From NCBI GenBank assembly GCA_019414505.1, contig DXLW01000030.1, positions 42,378-106,377 on the forward strand: a DNA stretch of 64,000 bases, given 5' to 3'. Below, piece by piece: positions 60,314 through 64,000 of this stretch. The notes below the pieces were generated by a model, which ran no database searches, had not been told where the DNA came from, and saw only the letters and a list, made by a program, of their open reading frames with translations. The translations under genes and the position numbers were made by a program. The stretch is from Collinsella sp. (lineage in GTDB: Bacteria > Actinomycetota > Coriobacteriia > Coriobacteriales > Coriobacteriaceae). Each line of letters opens with the position of its first letter. Within the stretch, counting starts at the first letter, position 1.

Positions 60314-60533
60314 CACTTGAAGACGTGATCAAGGTGCGGCAAGGGGTCAAATTCGGAAGTGCGGGGAAAATCGAAGAAATGCTAACCAGGCCCCAGTTTT
60401 CGCTTCCGCGAACTGCGGTTTTGGTGCTAAAAATCGCGTTGTGCTCGAAGGTTCTCGATTTTCCCCGCACTTCCGTAATTACATCCTTGGATCGAGAGTG
60501 CAGGCAACAATGACGTCATCCGCGATAGCACCC
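60314..60533 (+). repeat. ~220-bp structured direct repeat, copy 2
   Basis: Same orientation as copy 1. It has an internal 21-bp perfect inverted repeat (60354-60374 / 60455-60475). The inner hairpin (60415-60422 / 60430-60437) is kept through a G-T wobble, and its loop sequence differs from copy 1. Confidence 0.85.
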
Positions 60534-60622
60534 AACAGTCACGGACGTACAAAAGGCCGTTGCCGGAAGCCTCCATACAACGACTCTTCTTTGCGCGCGC
60601 CACGCTCGCAATGCTCCATTAA

Positions 60623-60685
60623 ATGTAACTAATTGATTTGCTATATACCATTCATAATGGCACATAGCAAATCAATTAGTTACAT
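60623..60685. promoter_or_regulatory. 22-bp perfect inverted repeat (ATGTAACTAATTGATTTGCTAT) just upstream of the low-GC plus-strand genes
   Basis: The arms are 60623-60644 and 60664-60685, and the 19-nt spacer is itself partly self-complementary (ccatt-cat-aatgg). It ends 13 nt before the small-ORF start codon at 60699. The function (operator or terminator) is not established. Confidence 0.45.
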
Positions 60686-60698
60686 GTGGAGGCAGAAC

Positions 60699-60800
60699 AT
60701 GAGGGAGTACGTCGAGAAGCAGCTGCACACTAGAGTCGATTGCGAGCCCAACGACGCCTCGGAAATATCAACGCAAAACTCTTTCCGAAAGTGTAGGTGA
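60699..60800 (+). CDS. Possible 33-aa leader ORF (MREYVEKQLHTRVDCEPNDASEISTQNSFRKCR)
   Basis: ATG lies 7 nt after a GGAGG box. Its TGA stop is 5 nt before the ATG of the 442-aa ORF. There is no homology evidence and it could be spurious. Confidence 0.3.
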   Translation: MREYVEKQLHTRVDCEPNDASEISTQNSFRKCR

Positions 60801-60805
60801 GCGAA

Positions 60806-62134
60806 ATGGCGACTCATGCATACGATGACCTTTATTCTTATCTAGCCGCATTCAAGAACAGCTCTCTTGCCGAAATAATTGCGTACCTAGAAGAACTGGG
60901 GCAAAATAGGTTCGACGCCTTTATTGGGGGCCTTGCACCCCTTATCCCAATCGATAAAATCGAAAATCAATCCCTATTCAATTTTTCTGTTGACTCCACC
61001 CTTGAAGGAGGCAAATTCCCCTGCACTGACTATGCCTGTCGAGAGCAAAACATTTACCATTTGGCAAAGTTCTCAGCATTGTATGCAGATAAAACCCTGA
61101 TTCATTGTCCTATAGATTCGGCATTCGAAATGGCGCACGATGATTATGTCTCAGTCGATGAACTTGCATTCGGGATCTATTTGACCATGCGAGTCGAAGA
61201 CATAGTCAAAGCTGGAATACTCGGATTTTCGAGCAATTACATTCCTCTTTGCGAAAATTGCCTAGCGCGACAAATCGAAAGAGAGTCAAAAGCAAAAGGA
61301 TTGATATCGACTTATTGGGATGATCTCGTACGACAATTCTGCTCCTCTACCACGTGCACTTTAAAACGAGCACCGGATGGGAATCTGTATGTAGCGATTG
61401 AGGGAATGGATGCATATGGGTCCCATGAGGAGATAGATGTCGATTTCCTGGTAATCCCGTCTGAATACGAATCGCTCTATGCAAGCCACGGCGAAACGCG
61501 ATTGGATAGAGACATGCTGGAGAACGGCGGCATCACAACTATCTTACTGCCATTGTTGAACGATAGCTTTCAAGCCCTCGTCAATCCCTATTTTTCGAAT
61601 AGCTCGTATTTAACCACTCGTCCTGCTCAGATTGAGTTCCTCGAGTCCGCAACTTCCACCCTTTATCCTCGAAAGGATCAGACCCTACCCATTCGCCGGT
61701 TATCTTGTCCCCTCCCCATTGCTGAAAATGCGACGTTACGTAGCATCCTTGATTGCCGCATTAGAAACGAAGAGTCGTTTCTTGTGTTTAGGGACACCTT
61801 GTCCAAAGGCCTGAGCGAAAGGCCCATCGACAGTTCAACATTAACTGACCTAAAGAACGACCTAATAGAGCCCGAGCTTCACAAGATATCTTTGGTGATG
61901 AAAAACGAACGATCCCGATTAGTCACCTCCGCAGGCATTGAAGCCGCTATCGGAATTGCAAGCTTTACATTGGGGCAATACGGAGTCGCATCACCTTGTG
62001 ATGTCATGACCATCCTCGGGGCTGCCGGCATAGGGGCCGTTGCATCTCAATCCGCAGATTTCTTGCGAGAAGCCAAGGCAAAAGAGAACCCCATGTATTT
62101 CCTCTGGAAGCTCAATAGAAACAACCGTCTGTAA
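60806..62134 (+). CDS. Orphan 442-aa protein, Cys-rich N-terminal two-thirds, predicted C-terminal membrane hairpin
   Basis: Long low-GC ORF with an AGGTGA box 5 nt before ATG 60806 (the track's start is GTG 60797). Cys pairs: CTDYAC, CENC, CSSTTC. The C-terminus holds two Gly/Ala-rich hydrophobic helices (VTSAGIEAAIGIASFTLGQYGV and VMTILGAAGIGAVASQ). I recognise no family. Confidence 0.7.
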   Translation: MATHAYDDLYSYLAAFKNSSLAEIIAYLEELGQNRFDAFIGGLAPLIPIDKIENQSLFNFSVDSTLEGGKFPCTDYACREQNIYHLAKFSALYADKTLIHCPIDSAFEMAHDDYVSVDELAFGIYLTMRVEDIVKAGILGFSSNYIPLCENCLARQIERESKAKGLISTYWDDLVRQFCSSTTCTLKRAPDGNLYVAIEGMDAYGSHEEIDVDFLVIPSEYESLYASHGETRLDRDMLENGGITTILLPLLNDSFQALVNPYFSNSSYLTTRPAQIEFLESATSTLYPRKDQTLPIRRLSCPLPIAENATLRSILDCRIRNEESFLVFRDTLSKGLSERPIDSSTLTDLKNDLIEPELHKISLVMKNERSRLVTSAGIEAAIGIASFTLGQYGVASPCDVMTILGAAGIGAVASQSADFLREAKAKENPMYFLWKLNRNNRL

Positions 62135-62370
62135 CCTAATAAGAGAACTGACTGAAATATAGTCATCGAATTTTGCAGAGGACCACGCCGGCCCTAGCGC
62201 CCGCACGTAATAGCGATCACGCCCAAAAACGCATACCAACATTGATATTGAATAATCGGGGCACAACGATAAACGCTGGACTCATGAGGAGTTCCCCGCC
62301 TCAAACAGACAGTTCGTCTTACTCAATCAAAAGAAAACGGGGACACACCCAGTGGATGCGTCCCCGATAA

Positions 62371-62394
62371 GAAGGTATCAACCTTCTTTGTATT
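62371..62394 (+). terminator. Small intrinsic-terminator-like hairpin
   Basis: gaaggt-atca-accttc followed by tttgtatt. It lies 237 nt after the 442-aa ORF stop. Confidence 0.4.
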
Positions 62395-62442
62395 GTGAGT
62401 GAGTATTATAGCTATAGTCTTGTTCCCAAAAGAGACTATTTT

Positions 62443-62862
62443 CTAATTCACAAACCAGCCATTAATCAGGCCGCTAATAAATGCGAAACCAGTTCTTATT
62501 TGGTCATTACGAAGATAGTAGCTCTCGTTGCGATACATTCTTTCAGCTAGCCTGCGCAGCTGTTTTCCTTTATTACTCCTTACCCCGGTTGAAGCCATAG
62601 TGCTGTGAAGGTACAACGTAGTCGCAATATGCTGTAGCCGATCGTTTGATAGCTCAGCCTTAACATTCACATCTTGGAGCTTAAGTCCTGTCACAGCATT
62701 TCTTACGTCATACTAAACGTTATACGACCGGAGCCTGAAATAATTATTGTTATGTTTTAAATAACTCAGAGCTTCTTGTTTGCTCATCAAGTTGAACGCT
62801 ACGCCCTTACGCTCCAAATGCTCAATCTGTTGTTCAGGAGTAAGCCATGGTTTATCGTGCAT
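62443..62862 (-). pseudogene. Abi_2 (AbiD/AbiF)-like gene, interrupted by an in-frame TAG and truncated
   Basis: ATG 62862 (GGGGGG box upstream) gives MHDKPWLTPEQQIEHLERKGVAFNLMSKQEALSYLKHNNNYFRLRSYNV, the classic Abi_2 N-terminal pattern. A TAG follows at 62715-62713, and the same frame then continues 89 codons to 62443. The total is about 139 codons, against roughly 300 that I would expect for the family. Confidence 0.6.
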
Positions 62863-62980
62863 AACGCCCCCCACCGGTCATTCTTTATTAGTGAACAGAA
62901 TATCAAGCAATTGACATTGAAAAGTTGTAAGGCGAAGCCCCGCAGGGGCAACGATTAAGGGCAACTACTAATTGGTTTAA

Positions 62981-64000
62981 TTAATTGTCTATTTGTAGTC
63001 GAAATCGATCGGCGCTATAGCAGCAAAATGCCCGAGCACTCAAGCGTTTAATATTCCTGTAAATCTTGGCCTCATCAGGGGCAATCGGATCATTTGGAAA
63101 CGCCTTCTGGGCTCTCGCCACGTAGGAGAGAAAGTTCCCATAGCGAGAAAATGCAGAAGAGTCAGCATCACCCGAAGGGCATAACTTTCTTCCCTTAATA
63201 CCAAGCGGCGAATAATGTTGATACAGAGCGGAGACACGCTTTTTTGATGCGTGCCTTCCCTCCCCCTGATTAGAACGCGCAATCGCAGTGGCTGCCTCAC
63301 GGAGACGCTTGTGGTACCTTCCAACCGTAGACTGTCGAAGTCTTACAACGCGCCCGTCAAAGTCAAATCCCAGGAAACTGATTTTCTGCGCCGGATGTGC
63401 ACCGGAGTACGAAAGGACCTTACCCGCACGAACGCTTTCAAAATCAAGCTGAGCAACTCCGTCGCCATCAACCCAGAACACCTTGGTTTTCTCAGGTTGC
63501 AGTTTAACGGAATCGACATCGGCCATTAGATTGATGGCTTCTACAAGTGCATCAAAGCCAAACTTTGGAACGGCAATAATAAAGTCATCGCAATAACGAA
63601 GATACAAGCCGCCAACCCGTTCAACGGCAAGCCTGACTTTCATGTCGATATCGGCCATATAGATGTTAGCGAGCACTCCGCTTGCGGCAAGACCCTGAGG
63701 AATTCCCAGCCCAATACCCGTTCGCTTCCACGGTCTGGTGATGACCTTACTTTTGTTTGCAAGAAACTCAGACTTTGGCAAGATAACGTCCAGCTTATTA
63801 AGTTCGCGAATAGACTTGAACCGAAGCTCGATAGCTGCATCGCTAATCATTTTCTCCCGAGTAGGATCGATTGCTGGCCATGGCAATTCATGTCGAGCAG
63901 CCAAATCAGCAATAGGCCAGCACGAATAGCGGAGGATATTTTTAATGACTTGATAGTGATCGTCCGGTAAGCGTCCACTGGGAAACAACGAACGCAACGA
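62981..64000 (-). CDS. Stand-alone reverse transcriptase (RNA-directed DNA polymerase); N-terminus lies beyond the right window edge
   Basis: The frame is open to position 64000. Motifs present: GIPQGLAASGVLANIYM (QG box), YLRYCDDFIIAV (YxDD box), KLQPEKTKVF and ISFLGFDFDG (thumb entry). The C-terminal ~115 aa have no recognised domain. Confidence 0.85.
   Translation of the reverse strand, partial: SLRSLFPSGRLPDDHYQVIKNILRYSCWPIADLAARHELPWPAIDPTREKMISDAAIELRFKSIRELNKLDVILPKSEFLANKSKVITRPWKRTGIGLGIPQGLAASGVLANIYMADIDMKVRLAVERVGGLYLRYCDDFIIAVPKFGFDALVEAINLMADVDSVKLQPEKTKVFWVDGDGVAQLDFESVRAGKVLSYSGAHPAQKISFLGFDFDGRVVRLRQSTVGRYHKRLREAATAIARSNQGEGRHASKKRVSALYQHYSPLGIKGRKLCPSGDADSSAFSRYGNFLSYVARAQKAFPNDPIAPDEAKIYRNIKRLSARAFCCYSADRFRLQIDN

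Noticed and set aside
58131-60533. 220-bp repeats as retron msr-msd ncRNAs
   Set aside because: The flanking inverted repeats are reminiscent of retron a1/a2. However, no RT follows either copy, and the only RT is 2.5 kb away on the opposite strand with its upstream region outside the window.
58131-60533. 220-bp repeats as integron attC sites
   Set aside because: The cassette-like layout is suggestive. However, I see no RYYYAAC/GTTRRRY core sites at the ends, no intI gene in the window, and the elements are longer than typical attC. It is kept only as a loose analogy.
61991-62370. Small ORFs 61991..62266 (-) and 62173..62370 (+)
   Set aside because: They overlap the end of the 442-aa gene or lie in a degraded spacer. 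They have no RBS, odd composition and no similarity I recognise.
62863-64000. Group II intron
   Set aside because: There is no domain V-like 34-nt hairpin with a GNRA loop in the region after the RT stop. No maturase or HNH tail is recognisable. The downstream sequence instead carries an SD box and an Abi_2-like ORF.

Overview
All calls come from reading the sequence and the ORF track; no search or computation was run. Domain calls rest on recognised motifs, and GC values are estimates by eye.

The window is a high-GC (roughly 60-65%) Gram-positive-type chromosomal segment. It looks like an Actinomycetota/Coriobacteriia-like anaerobe; this is inferred from GC, gene order and protein signatures. 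Nearly all genes are on the minus strand.

- **1-40.6 kb, housekeeping backbone.** ftsH, thyA-folA, ffh-ftsY-smc-rnc-acpP-plsX-rpmF-yceD, coaD-rsmD-recG-yloV-asp23, two identical tRNA-Asn, rpoD-dnaG, ribF-truB-nrnA-rbfA-infB-nusA-rimP, leuS and guaB. It is interrupted by one RAYT/IS200-like Y1 transposase flanked by 48-bp inverted REP-like ends.
- **41-46.6 kb.** A degenerate PLP-enzyme homologue and a sucrose PTS regulon (scrR, scrA, scrB) with two cre/LacI-type operators.
- **46.8-57.9 kb.** One tightly packed eight-gene minus-strand operon. It joins a Gram-positive-type Pel exopolysaccharide cluster (pelD, pelE, DUF2194/pelA-deacetylase-like, pelF, pelG) to a CotH kinase, a VTC-type polyphosphate-polymerase domain protein and a DUF4956 membrane protein.
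- **58-64 kb, accessory and defence-like.**
  - An AlbA_2(Schlafen)-HATPase_c_4-wHTH gene is bracketed by two ~220-bp structured direct repeats.
  - A visibly lower-GC island follows, containing:
    - a 442-aa orphan protein with a C-terminal membrane hairpin;
    - an Abi_2-like gene broken by an in-frame TAG;
    - a stand-alone reverse transcriptase that runs off the right edge.

The most interesting candidates are the RT island, the pel-CotH-VTC operon fusion and the 220-bp structured repeats.
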